Assembly (NCBI GenBank): GCA_903813345.2
Contig: CAIIXF020000001.1
Location: 24,552,001-24,616,000 of the forward strand
Origin: Owenia fusiformis
Lineage: Eukaryota
Length of the DNA stretch: 64,000 bases
Direction of reading: 5' to 3'
The notes under the pieces were generated by a model. The model was given only the letters and a program-made list of their open reading frames with translations, was not told the origin of the DNA and searched no databases. This document shows, in pieces, positions 24,430 through 35,873 of the stretch (position 1 is the stretch's first letter; each line of letters opens with the position of its first letter). The translations under genes were made by a program, and so were the position numbers.

Positions 24430-24850
24430 GTGTAAATGATGTGACTGAACAAGAGGCACCAGTCATGCCAGAACCAGTGCCAAATATACATGATATGCAG
24501 TATGTTAATGGTTTGATTGAACAAGAGGCACCAGTCATGCAAGAATCAGTGCCAAATATACAAGATATGCAGTATGTTAATGGTGTGATTGAACAAGAGG
24601 CACCAGTCATGCAAGAACCAGTGCCAAATATACATGATATGCAGTGTGTTAATGGTGTGATTGAACAAGAGGCACCAGTCATGCAAGAATCAGTGCCAAA
24701 TATACATGATATGCAGTGTGTTTATGGTGTGATTGAACAAGAGGCATCAGTCATGCCAGAACCAGTGCCAAATATACATGATATGCAGTATGTTAATGGT
24801 GCGATTGAAGAAAATCTACCAGTCACACCAGAACCAGTACCAAATATTGA
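24430..24850 (+). repeat. 72-bp coding minisatellite (24-aa unit EQEAPVMxExVPNIHDMQxVNGxI, about 5.5 copies)
   Basis: GAACAAGAGGCA recurs at 24447, 24519, 24591, 24663 and 24735. Confidence 0.92.
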
Positions 24851-26115
24851 AGTATCAAGTTCTGAAAAGAAAAAGAAAACGTACGATAAACAAGAGCAGC
24901 TGGAAATGCAACATAGCTAAGGACAGAAGAGAGCATGGGCTGCTTTATAGGCCAAGAAATTCCTGAAAGAAAGATTACATCAATTAAAGACTGTCGGGGC
25001 AAGTGTAAATACAAATGTGCTCTGAACATATCTGACACAGACAGAAAAAAGATAAATGACCACTTTTGGAACATTAGTAGAGCTGAAAAGCATGAATACA
25101 TTGCAAAAACTACAACCCGTCACATCAAGGCAAGAGAACGAGCAGGGAAAAAATCACGGAGAAAATTTACCATTAACTATTTCTGTGATCTAGGTGGAGA
25201 CAGGATTAGGGTATGCAAGGAATACTACCTTTCAACTCTGTGTATATCGTCCAGGATGATATCATATTATTACTCAACAATTCTCGATCAGAATACAGGT
25301 GTACCAAAGAGACCAAATAAAGGGAACAGATGGAAAAAATCTGAAAAAGAAAGAAATATTTTTATAAGGGCGCATATCAATTCGTTTCCTCGAATTGAAA
25401 GTCACTATTGTAGATCAGGGACACACAGAGAATACTTGGAGGGTTATTTAAATGTCAATAAGATGTATGATTTATATGTTGACCATTGCAGAAAGAAAAA
25501 GGAGAACCCTTTAAAAAAACATTTGTATAGAACCATTTTCAATACAGAATTTAACATCTCGTTTAATGTCCCCAAAAAAGATCTCTGTGATAAATGTTCA
25601 ATAGAAAATCTTGAAAATATAACGAAAGAGGTGAAAGAGAAATTGTCAATTCACAAAAGGGCGAAAGATGAGACACGCACAGAAAGGAATCAAGATAGAA
25701 AGCAATTAGGAAAAGACACAGTGCTGGTGTCCTTTGATATGGAAAATGTATTGACAATTCCTAAATGTGAAATAGGATCATTTTTCTACATGCGCAAATT
25801 GAATTTCTTTAATTTGACAGCATTGGCTGAGAAAGACAATAAAAAGGAACCTCATTGCATTGTCTGGCCTGAAAGCACTGCTGGGAGAGGTGCAAGTGAG
25901 ATAGCAAGTGCGCTGTATAGAGTACTGAACATAGTAAAGGAGGACAAAACTGTTAAAAAAATAATCTTGTGGTCAGACTCGTGTGTTCCCCAAAATCGAA
26001 ATAAGATGATGACTAGTGCCTTAAAACTGTTTGTACATGAAAACCCATCAATTGAAGTCATCATACACAAGTATGGCGAGGCAGGGCATAGTTATTTACA
26101 GGAAATTGACAATTT

Positions 26116-27536
26116 GTTTATCTATGCAGATGATACTTCAATTTTTAGCCCCTATCCAAAAGATCAGCCACAAAATTGTCTTGACTTACAACAAGATCTT
26201 AACAAAATATATTACTGGGCCCAAACATGGCAAATGAACTTTAAAGCCTCAAAATCCGTTGACTTGACTTTCACTTCACCAACAACTGTTATTCAAAATG
26301 AACCAATTTTATTTTTGGGAACTAACCCAATAGATAAACAAAATACCCATAAGCACCTGGGTATCATTTTAGATCAAAAACTAACCTTTAAAGAGCATAT
26401 TAACGAATTAATAAAACAGTCTCAAGCTTTGCTAAACCCTTTTAAAAGGTTGACTCATGTTTTAAGATCTAAACACTTAGAAACCATTTATAATGCCTTC
26501 ATTTTGAGTCGAATTGACTATGGTGATATCTTATATTCTAGTGCTCCTGAATTATCTTTGATTAAGTTAGACAGATTTCAATATAATGCAGCTTGTTTGA
26601 TAACTGGCGCTCTGCATGGCTCTAGCACTCAGAAGGTGTTAGATATTTTAAATTGGACAAAGTTACCAGATGGAAGAAAATCTCATTTATGTACTTTTCT
26701 TTTCAAAAGCAGACATAATTTAATAGCACCATATGTAAGTCAAGTTTTCAATGGTTGCAGAAATATTCCAACTCGAACTCTAAGAGCTTTCAGAGAATAC
26801 AATATTCCTTTAGATATAAGTAAAAGGTTTGAGAAATCTACTTTCTATGCAGCAATTGAAACTTGGAATACTTTACCTGATGATATAAGAAATTGTGAGC
26901 GAATTTCAATTTTTAAACGCAGGATCAAGGCACATTTTGAAAATTTCAATGGTACAAATTTCATAACTTATAGTAATGTTAAAAGGAAAAATGAAGTGTC
27001 ATTTAATAGACTCAGAGTAGATCTTTATTTGAAAAGCCAGCTTTTTGCACATAATTTTAACAACGTGCCTTCACCAGAGTGTGCCTGTGGTCATCGCTCT
27101 GAAACACCAAAGCACTTTTTTCTACAGTGCCCTCTATACACGAACCCAAGATGTCAACTCCTTAGAGATCTCCATATGGCGGATTGCTTAAGGGCATTTT
27201 TAGATTGTAATTCTTCTGATAAAATAGACATGCTTTTATTTGGTCACCCTGATTTTGATCATAATACTAATATTTTAATAATCAAAGCAAGTGTATCATT
27301 TTTGCAATCCACCAAAGACCTACTGGGCCCGTAACCAAACTCTACACATTAAGCACACAACTTGACCATTTTAAATAAAATAATGAATCTTTCTTTGTAA
27401 AGTAAAAATTTATGAATGTAACTACATTAAGGTTTTTAGTTTGACAATAATGTTACTTGTAACCTAGTCAAACGTTATAATTGTATTATTGTATGTATAG
27501 TATATATTTGAAATAAATGATTATTAAAAAAAAAAA
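26116..27536 (+). mobile_element. 5'-truncated non-LTR retrotransposon (CR1/L2-group-like ORF2 C-terminal half)
   Basis: Starts just before the RT YADD motif and contains KHLGIILD, IDYG and a C-terminal CACG..ET..HFFLQCP / LLFG region, open to the stop at 27334. It has a 3' UTR, AATAAA at 27512 and a poly(A) tail. TSD AAATTGACAATTT at 26103-26115 and 27537-27549. Confidence 0.9.
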
Positions 27537-28641
27537 AAATTGACAATTTACATTCTCAGATTGAGAAAGAATTGAGAGTATGTGATTACTTTAGTCCAAA
27601 TGGACTTATCCGAGCCCTGAAGCGTGTTAAAAGAAAAGCAAATTTTCGAGTAACAGAAGAGTGAAGACTTCTTTGACTTCCATAAGTTAGCACAGGCATT
27701 TGACACAAGCAGTATACCATTTTTATCGATAAAGCAAATTACTTACTCACCTGAAAGGTACACACTGAAGTACAAAAAGCGTTTCAAGGAAGAAGAAATT
27801 GAGGCAAACATACAAAAAAGGCGTAGAAAAAAGTAACTCAGTGCATTTTAAATTCATATTCTTAATATGTAAGATTTTACATGGATCTTTATCTTTAACA
27901 CATGGTTGTGCTAAATAAAAGTAAGACAACAAAAAAGAGATGAAAGGCCATGCATGTTTGATAGCATTGTATTGTGTAATTTCTGCTCAGAATATTTTTC
28001 TAGTCTTTATATACTATCATGTACATTAATTTATATGTACAGTAATTTATTTTTGTATTATAGTTCACACAATATGGACATTCCAGAGTGTAAAATATTA
28101 CATGTTATCATGTTACATGATGTAACATGGTGCTGTGTTAAAATATGATAACTTATCAATTTGAAAGGCCATACATGCATGATGGCATACTATTGTGTAA
28201 TTTTGCTCAGAACTATATATTTTCTTCATATGTATCATTTACAGTTATTTTGACTTATATAATGAATACATTTTAGTTTTGAAGTCATTCATTTTAATAT
28301 TTAGTTATGTTGTTTTGTTAGAATATTATAAGAAATTCCACTTCATAAAGATCAATTGTATTATCTCCACAAATTAGTCATAGAATCTTTTCAAATTTAA
28401 AATTAGGTTTTATCTCGGCGCTTAATTGTACTATCTCCATTTTCATAGTTTTAAAAAACGATCTTACAAATAATTTCAAAATACCATATTTCATATGATA
28501 AAAGGATGAGACTAAGTGACTTACAAAAATTCAAGTTCTATATAGCAATAGTAAGTAAGTTACAGACCACTATAACTTTCAAACCTTGATTTCTCAGTTT
28601 CAGAAAAATGTGAGATAGTACAAAGTTATTCTCATGCGACG

Positions 28642-29380
28642 ACATGTAGACCAAGGAATCATGCAAATCTGACCACAATTGACCATCATTATCATTCCTA
28701 CACAAAAGAAGGAAGGGTAACTTACTGCATGGTAATCATGGAAAATTACCATTGCTCAGATCATTTGCCAATCATGGCCACGTTACTAATTCACCATGTT
28801 GCTATGTGAATCTACATCATATTCTAAATATACAAGTCCTTCTCTTGCATGTGATAAAGTGTCACTTGGTCACATTAAAGGAACACATACTTCTTGTCTG
28901 GCAGTTGAACTTCAACAAGTAATATCAGATGTTGAAGAGGGACGCACTCATAGCACTGATGTTGTGAATGACAAGATTCTTATGCATTAAAGTCATCCAG
29001 TTGTAAGTCGCTTCTGCATAGAAAGTTCTGTCCTTTCCTCAAACTATACTGGAAACTAGGAAAAGTAAAGGAATTACATCACAAACAAAGAGAAGCCCGG
29101 AAAGACTGGATACGGGATGGACAACCACGTGGAATGCTGAATACATCAAATTGTAACTACAAGAATGCCAAACGACAGTTTCGACACACTCAGAAATAGC
29201 CATTGAATAATGGACAGCATCCATTTATACGGAAATTGACAATTCAGCTGAAACAGACCAGAAATTAATGTGGTCAATCATGAAAAGTCAAAAAGGCAAA
29301 ATGATTCCAACATGCAAGGAACTTAAAATTGGAGATGAAATAATTCGTAACCCTATAGCAATCACCAAATATTATTAAAA
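28642..29380 (+). pseudogene. Old LINE endonuclease/linker remnant, 3' part
   Basis: Rejoining across the ACAT TSD gives GPAFTCRPRNHANLTTIDH. The APE end motif CSDHLPI follows near 28753, then a degenerate W..A..P / ECQ..FR linker region. Confidence 0.7.
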
Positions 29381-29414
29381 AAAAATAAAAAAAATAAGAT
29401 GAAATTGCATTAAT

Positions 29415-29612
29415 GACCATGATGAGCATGACAAGGAAGCAGATAGAGAGACAGCAGATGAGCCTGAAGGTAACAAAACTCATGACCATGATGAGCATAA
29501 CAAGGAAGCAGACAGACAGCGGATGAGCCTGAGGGTAACAAGACTCATGACCATGATTAGCATGAGAAGGAAGCAGATAGAGAGGCAGCAGAAGAGCCTG
29601 GGAGTAACAAGA
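29415..29612 (+). repeat. ~65-bp tandem repeat, 3 copies
   Basis: ATGACCATGATGAGCATGACAAGGAAGCAGA...GAGCCTGA.GGTAACAA is repeated three times with divergence. Confidence 0.75.
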
Positions 29613-30354
29613 TCTGCAAGATTAGGTTTTTGGATCTATTGGTGTGAAAGGTATGATACTGATATTGACATTGGAAAAGGTCTATGGATGTTTGAAATAG
29701 GGGTTCTAAATTTTTTTTATCTGAGTCCTCTATATAAATAACCTGTAGGTCAAACATTAGTGAATGGATTATTTAAGATACTATCCTTCCCCAGAGAAGA
29801 TGTGATATCTATTTTTGAAAAAAATTAAAGTCCTATATACTAGAGATCTGCAGTTAACTTCAGCATATCCAATTCAATTTATTGTATTAACTGAATATTA
29901 TTTCTTAAGCCATATTATTGATTGTCAAATGTTTTAGGTAATGTAGAAAAAGAAACTCTCATGTACACCATAATCGAAGAGAAAAAAGAGGGATATATTT
30001 GAAGTGAAGAGCTACAATCTTCATGTTGAAGCTCTAGATTTGATAAGGCAAGTGTTCACCAGAGAGATTAAATGGTTGAGGATGCTAATTGATGCATATA
30101 TGGTTCTGAATGTTCTCAAAATATGTTCCCTTATGCAATAAATGGCCTCTTTGTTCGAATGTTTCCCATGTCATTACCTGTATCTTTGTATTATCTTTTC
30201 ATGGGAGAAAGTTTTCTATCTTTTAAGAAAAAGCATTTTATATATAATTATGTAATCAATAAATTATTTCAGATTACCCCAGTTGGATGTCAATTTTATG
30301 TACCATTATAAAGATATTGGTTTTGCAAGACATTTAATGAGAAAAAGGTATGTA

Positions 30355-30790
30355 CGAGGGGGGATTCATAAGAAGTGGGACTTTTCTGAGGTAGAAAGTC
30401 CCTGTGTACATATCTCAACCAAATTTAGCAAATGAACGGAGTAGGATATAAGGCATTGTTTGGTGAAATTTCAACATAAATATGCTCATAAACATTTCAA
30501 AATGACAGTTATTTTCAATTATTTTGGTTTCATAGCCTTGTAATCCATTGTAACATATATTACATCATCATGCTATTGTGATGTCACACAAAACAGTGAC
30601 ACCAGGACACTGCCATTTTCAGTCCTTCTTGGATGGAGCAAAATTTGATTAAAATAGTAATGAAAGCAAGAATCGTGTATATACATGTGCTGTGGTTAAA
30701 TTTAATGCTTTGAAGAGGTTTTCATCATTAGAGACCTATAGAGGTTTGTTGGAAGTCTATTGGAAAGAAGAAGTAAAAAATCAGTATATA
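30355..30790 (+). mobile_element. Truncated mariner-like fragment (second family)
   Basis: TA|CGAGGGGGGATTCATAAG terminus and an HTH-like remnant AVVKFNALKRFSSLETYRGLLEVYW near 30690-30765. No second TIR was seen. Confidence 0.5.
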
Positions 30791-31202
30791 GGTGGTATTT
30801 TGTATATGTATTCTGAATATGCTGTGAGAGCCGAGAAGACCAATCTTAATAGGAGCCAAGATGACCTATCTTAATAGGATGCCTTATTCCTACATTGTAT
30901 TTTATGTTCAACCTTATGTGAGATATCGATGTCATTACCTGATATATTTGCATCACCTTGTTTTCCACAATTCTTGGTATTACAGTTTGTAAAGAAGAAG
31001 AGACCAGAATGTATCTGTACGACTGTGATTTAAAGAGTTCTAGGATTATGCAAGTTGTTGTTGTTGGGTGATAAGGGTCGAATATGAGGACCCCAATAAC
31101 CTGGAGTGGTAGAACTGTACATCAGATTTCACAGTGTATAGAAAATAAGAAAGAAAATATCATTATCTAGTAAAAAGACTCTTCCATAGATTTTAATCTT
31201 AA

Positions 31203-32605
31203 AGATCTAATAGCAAAGGTTTTGCAAAAATGAATCAATGTAGTATAAAACAAATGTATATATAATGAAGAAATAAATATATAATGAAAAAAATAGATAT
31301 GTGTTTGTAATATTGGTATTAACTTAAGATTAAAAAGTGTAACTATCTCTTTCATTTTTCAACAAATATAGGCTCACGTGACATGTGACGCGGGGCAGGC
31401 AATTTTGATTTATCGTAGACCTTATCAGTATCAAATTGCTGATATTTCAACCTTGTCTTGCGAGGCCATTTTGATTTGAAACATCTTGAATTTGGTGTCA
31501 AAATAAAGCTGGTCACACCCACTTTCAGAGTTATCAATGAATTATTTACTACGACTACTATATTCATTTAGGAGGCGTGTAAAGTTAACCAATCAGAAAG
31601 ACAATTGTTCCATATATGGTAGTCCATTAACATATTCAGTGTTTACTACTGCTTTTCGCGTCATGACAACACGAGTAGTAACCAATCAAGATGCCGTATT
31701 TTATCACGCCAGTTCAGAGTGACATGCACACGGCATGTAGTCTGAGCTGGTCGCGATGTTGAACTAATTTCTTCTCAGAATTTATCCAGAGAAATCAGCG
31801 ATTTTAAATTAAGGTAGGATCTGCCATTTATTCCTGTACAAGTTATAACTAATCTCTATCGAATCCTAAAGTTTTGGCTGCAGATATGAAGCATACGTTT
31901 TAAAACGAAACGATTAATTTGACGATCTGATTTTGCAATTTGCAATGGCCAATTTACTGCAAGTCTGCGTGCATTTGACAAGAGATAGCGCCAAGTCTTG
32001 TATCTAAATGCTTGTTAAGCCACTATAAAACAAGATCCATATTTTCTAAATTTCATAACTTTGCAGAAAACCTGTTTTCATAACCTGTTTTACGCGTCTA
32101 AATTCAAACTGAGTAGGATAATAGGATCGCTGGGATCCTCAGTCAACAACGGATCTTCATTCCAGAACTCACATTTTTAGTTGATTCTCCATCATAGTAC
32201 TTGTCTAAAGTCCCCATATCTGCTCTCTTACTGGCATACTTGGACACATTTCTTCTCCTTAAATATTGTCCTCAGTCAAATTACACCCTCTTGCCGATTT
32301 ATATTTCCCAGAATGGTCGGGAACCAGAATCGCTGATGTTTGCCATATTGACCATGTTGAAATATGTACTAGTACTGTAATATCTGTAATACTGGACATT
32401 GCCTGCTACGCATAATGGTCACGTGACTAACGCGATACAGGAAAAATGGGAAATTTCAAAACAACAATTTTTGGGCACTTTTATTGCAAATTTCAGGTAT
32501 TTATAAGTGTTTGTGGTATAAAATATAATCCACAGACATAAATGAACATCCAAACTACATATTTTATTAAGTTTTGGAGCCTTTTTTGCTCTTAAATGAA
32601 CATCT
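31203..32605 (+). mobile_element. Non-autonomous TTAA-flanked (Kolobok-like) element, copy A, ~1.4 kb
   Basis: TTAA|AGATCTAATAGC ... TGAACATCT|TTAA, i.e. AG..CT termini. It is an inverted homologue of 34344-35730 over the full length. Confidence 0.7.
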
Positions 32606-32759
32606 TTAAAAAGAATTATGATCAGGTAAAACGTAATCTTTTCATACATAACCTAAGAAAAGTACAATTGTTTACAGGAGTCCCATTCCTTTGCTCCTTG
32701 TAAGTGCTTGGTATATGAGTTATATATTTATGCTTGGCCTCTACTAATAACATTTAATA

Positions 32760-32968
32760 CAGGGTGGACCAAAAACTTGGGATACTAAAATTTAATTGTT
32801 ATAGAATTTCAATTGTTGAGTGACTGTACAATGTATTTTTTATTCATTACACATATTTAAATGTACCTAATCACTTATTGAATACAATTCACATAAGTGG
32901 TACATTTAGTCTGATGAATTTTTATATAATGGAATATTCTTGTTTTTCACATCTTTTGGCCCACCCTG
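32760..32968. mobile_element. Small Tc1-type MITE
   Basis: TA|CAGGGTGGACCAAAA ... TTTTGGCCCACCCTG. The right flank is TT rather than TA. Confidence 0.5.
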
Positions 32969-33861
32969 TTATGCATTGTTATCTCATCAAACAAAATTTG
33001 GTATTGATATACAAAAATCATTTGTCCATCCATTCATACATCCACTTTCTGTCCAGGCATTACACCCAAATACTAGTGGTAAGCCAGGTAAGGTTTAGTT
33101 CAAAGGATGAGTCAGGATATGGGCCCCTTTGGTCCCTCACTTTGAAGGACCACAAGTTGTTTGTAGAATGAATCAATTCATATTGAAATATCTTCAAAAA
33201 ATCAGATGGCCAGCAGATCATCTGAGCAATTGAAGGAACAATCATCATAATAACATCATTTTCTTGAGTATTTCTACACAGGTTTATCCCCATTTGTTAA
33301 TTATTAAATATTCTCTCATAGCTCAAAATATTATGTGATTGAGTTGGTTTTCTGACATTAGCATTTTTCATAATTTGTAAGGGTATCCAGGGGTCTATGA
33401 ACAGGAACTTTGTAAAGTTAAGAATTCATAAAATCCTGTGGTGTCATTATATCCATGGTTACAACAATTGATTTACTAATTTGTAGCTTATGAAGTTTAT
33501 GTTGATGACCTCCAGACTCATTCCCTGACTTATTCTTTTATAGGCTTATGATGAAATACCAGTTATTGAATTAGGTGCCCGGAGTGTTTTGGATTAATAA
33601 ATGTGGGTAAAGCAAACCTGATAACAAGAGCTTGATTAGGCAGTTTCATGGCTGTCCTATGGGGCTTAATATGTTTGCAAGTCTTGTGGTATTTTTCAGC
33701 TCAACAAGGATCCCCAATGCCCATCTCATCTTTGCTTTTCCCAATGAAATGTTTATTGTTTTGATGGATTTGACACTCCAAAGAGTTTGTTTATCTTCAT
33801 GTTGCGTTATATAATGAATTGTTATTTTACTGGGTCAGAGTATCTCCTCAACCAGTTAAGC

Positions 33862-34092
33862 ATACAACAAACCAACCATAAAACCAATCAACAATCTCAG
33901 CAATTTCCATACAACCAACCAATCAGCAATACAACCATACAAATGATCAACCAACCATCTTACCAAAAACACCATTGTACCCACCAGCCAACCAACCATC
34001 CATTCATCCAACCCAAGCATACAATGATACAACCAACCAACCATCTTACCAATTAACCAAATGACAATACAACCAACACACCATAAACCTAC
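33862..34092. repeat. Degenerate (AACC)n microsatellite
   Basis: Run of CAAC/CAACCA/CAATAC motifs. Confidence 0.8.
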
Positions 34093-34343
34093 TAGCAGGG
34101 ATAATATTTAGTCCCAGTATTTCACCTAAACATATTAAACAATGTGTCATTTCTGAAAGAATGATCTTTGCATCTTTGTCTCAACAATCAGAATCATGTC
34201 TCAGAAAATTCAAAATGAGACTTAAAAGCCCATATTGAACCTAATTTAGAGATCTTTTTAAAAGGATGGTTACATTAATATATTATACTACATTATAGAT
34301 CGCAAATATTGTCTCACATATTGTCTTAATTTTGTCCTCTTAA

Positions 34344-35730
34344 ATATGTTAATTTAAGAGCAAAAAAGGCTCCAAAACTTAATGAAATATGTAGTTTGGA
34401 TGTTCATTTATGTCTGTGGATTATATTTTATACCACAAACACTTCATAAATACCTGAAATTTGCAATAAAAGTGCCCAAAAATTGTTGTTTCGAAATTCC
34501 CCATTTTTCCTGTATCGCGCTAGTCACGTGACCATTACGCGTAGCAGGCAATGTACAGATATTACAGTACATATAATATGTTCAATATGGCAAACATCAG
34601 CGATTCTGATTCCCGGGTTCTGGGAAATGGCTATATAAATCGGCGAGAGGGTGTAATTTGAATGAAGACAATTTAAGGAGGGGAAATGTGTGCAAGTATG
34701 GCAGTAAGAGAGCAGATATGGGGACTTTAGACAAGAACTATGACGGAGAATCAACTAAAAATGTGAGTTCTGGAATGAAGACCCGTTGCCATTGACTGAA
34801 GATTCCAGCGATCCTATTATCATACTCAGTTTGAATCTAGACGCGGAAAACAGATTATGAAAACAGGTTTTCTGCAAAGTTATCAAATTTAGAAAATATG
34901 GATCTTGTTTTTGAGTGGCTTAACAAGCATTTAGATACAAGACTTGGCGCTATCTCTTGTCAAATACATGCACTGGACTTGCAGTAAATTGGCCATTGCA
35001 AAATCAGATCGTCAAATTAATCGCTTCGTTTTTAAACCTACGCTTCATATCTTCTTCCAAAACTTTAGGATTCGATAGAGATAAGTTATAACTTGTACAG
35101 GAAAAAATGGCAGATCCTACCTTAATTTAGAATCGCTGATTTCTCTGGACAAATCCCGAGAAGAAATTGTTCAACATCGCGATCACCTCAGACAACATGT
35201 TGCGTGTGTGTCACTCTGAACTCACGTGATAAAATACGGCATCTTGATTAGTTACTACTCTTGTTGTCATGACGCGAAAAGCAGTAGCAAACACTGAATA
35301 TGTTAATGATCTGCCATATATGGAACAATTGTCTTTCTGATTGGTTAACTTTACACGCGTCCTAAATGAATATAGTAGTCGTAGTAAATGATTCATTGAT
35401 AACTCTGAAAGTGGGCGTGACCAGCTTCATTTTGACACCGAATTCAAGATGTTTCAAATCAAAATGGCCTCGCAAGACGAGGTTGAAATATTAGCAATTT
35501 GATACTGATATGGTCTACGATAGATCAAAATTGCCTGCCCCGCGTCACATGTCACGTGAGCCTATATTTGTTGAAAAGTGAAAGAGATAGTGACACTTTT
35601 TAATCTTAAGTTTATACCAATATTACAAACAGATATCTATTTTTTTCATTATATATTTATTTCTTCATTATACATACATTTGTTTTATACTACATTGATT
35701 TATTTTTGCAAAACCTTTGCTATTAGATCT
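34344..35730 (-). mobile_element. Non-autonomous TTAA-flanked (Kolobok-like) element, copy B, inverted
   Basis: TTAA|ATATGTTAATTTAAGAGC ... GCTATTAGATCT|TTAA. Reverse complement of copy A with scattered substitutions and indels. Confidence 0.7.
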
Positions 35731-35873
35731 TTAACAAATGTTTAGGTGGAATAGTGGGATTTTCATACTAGTTGTGCGTTTATACTTTGGATGTTACATC
35801 AATTGCTCATATGTGATTGCTTTACAGAACTTTGGAATCACCAGGAATGAGTATACATTATACTTAATTTAAA

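Larger units (their letters stand above)
24328..27850 (+). pseudogene. Sola1 transposase, frameshifted and split by a LINE at 26116-27536
   Basis: Acidic N-terminal repeat region, then KRKRK..SWKCNIAK.RREHGLLY in a shifted frame, then CKYKC, RVCKEYYLSTLCIS, FPRIESHYCR, PKKDLCDKC and the catalytic core. The reading resumes after the LINE as IDNLHSQIEKELRVCDYFSP. Two frameshifts lie near 24860-24950 and another near 27660. The 3' end is approximate. Confidence 0.85.
22825..28641 (+). mobile_element. Sola1-type DNA transposon carrying an F-box/LRR gene and a nested LINE
   Basis: 26-bp perfect TIR CGTCGCATGAGAATAACTTTGTACTA and a 4-bp TSD ACAT (22821-22824 and 28642-28645). Internal transposase with FDMENVL, WSDSCVPQNRN and GHSYLQEIDN motifs. 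Subterminal TTGTACTATCTCCA-like copies near 22971, 28356 and 28426. Confidence 0.88.

Noticed and set aside
24935-27334. A natural transposase-RT hybrid element
   Set aside because: The TSD, poly(A) tail and resumption of the transposase after 27549 show a nested insertion, not a native domain architecture. It is kept only as a chimera finding.
31537-31722. Conserved small ORF pair (with 35211-35396)
   Set aside because: The similarity comes from the two copies of the same element. The region is CCAAT-rich, promoter-like DNA with no recognisable protein motif.
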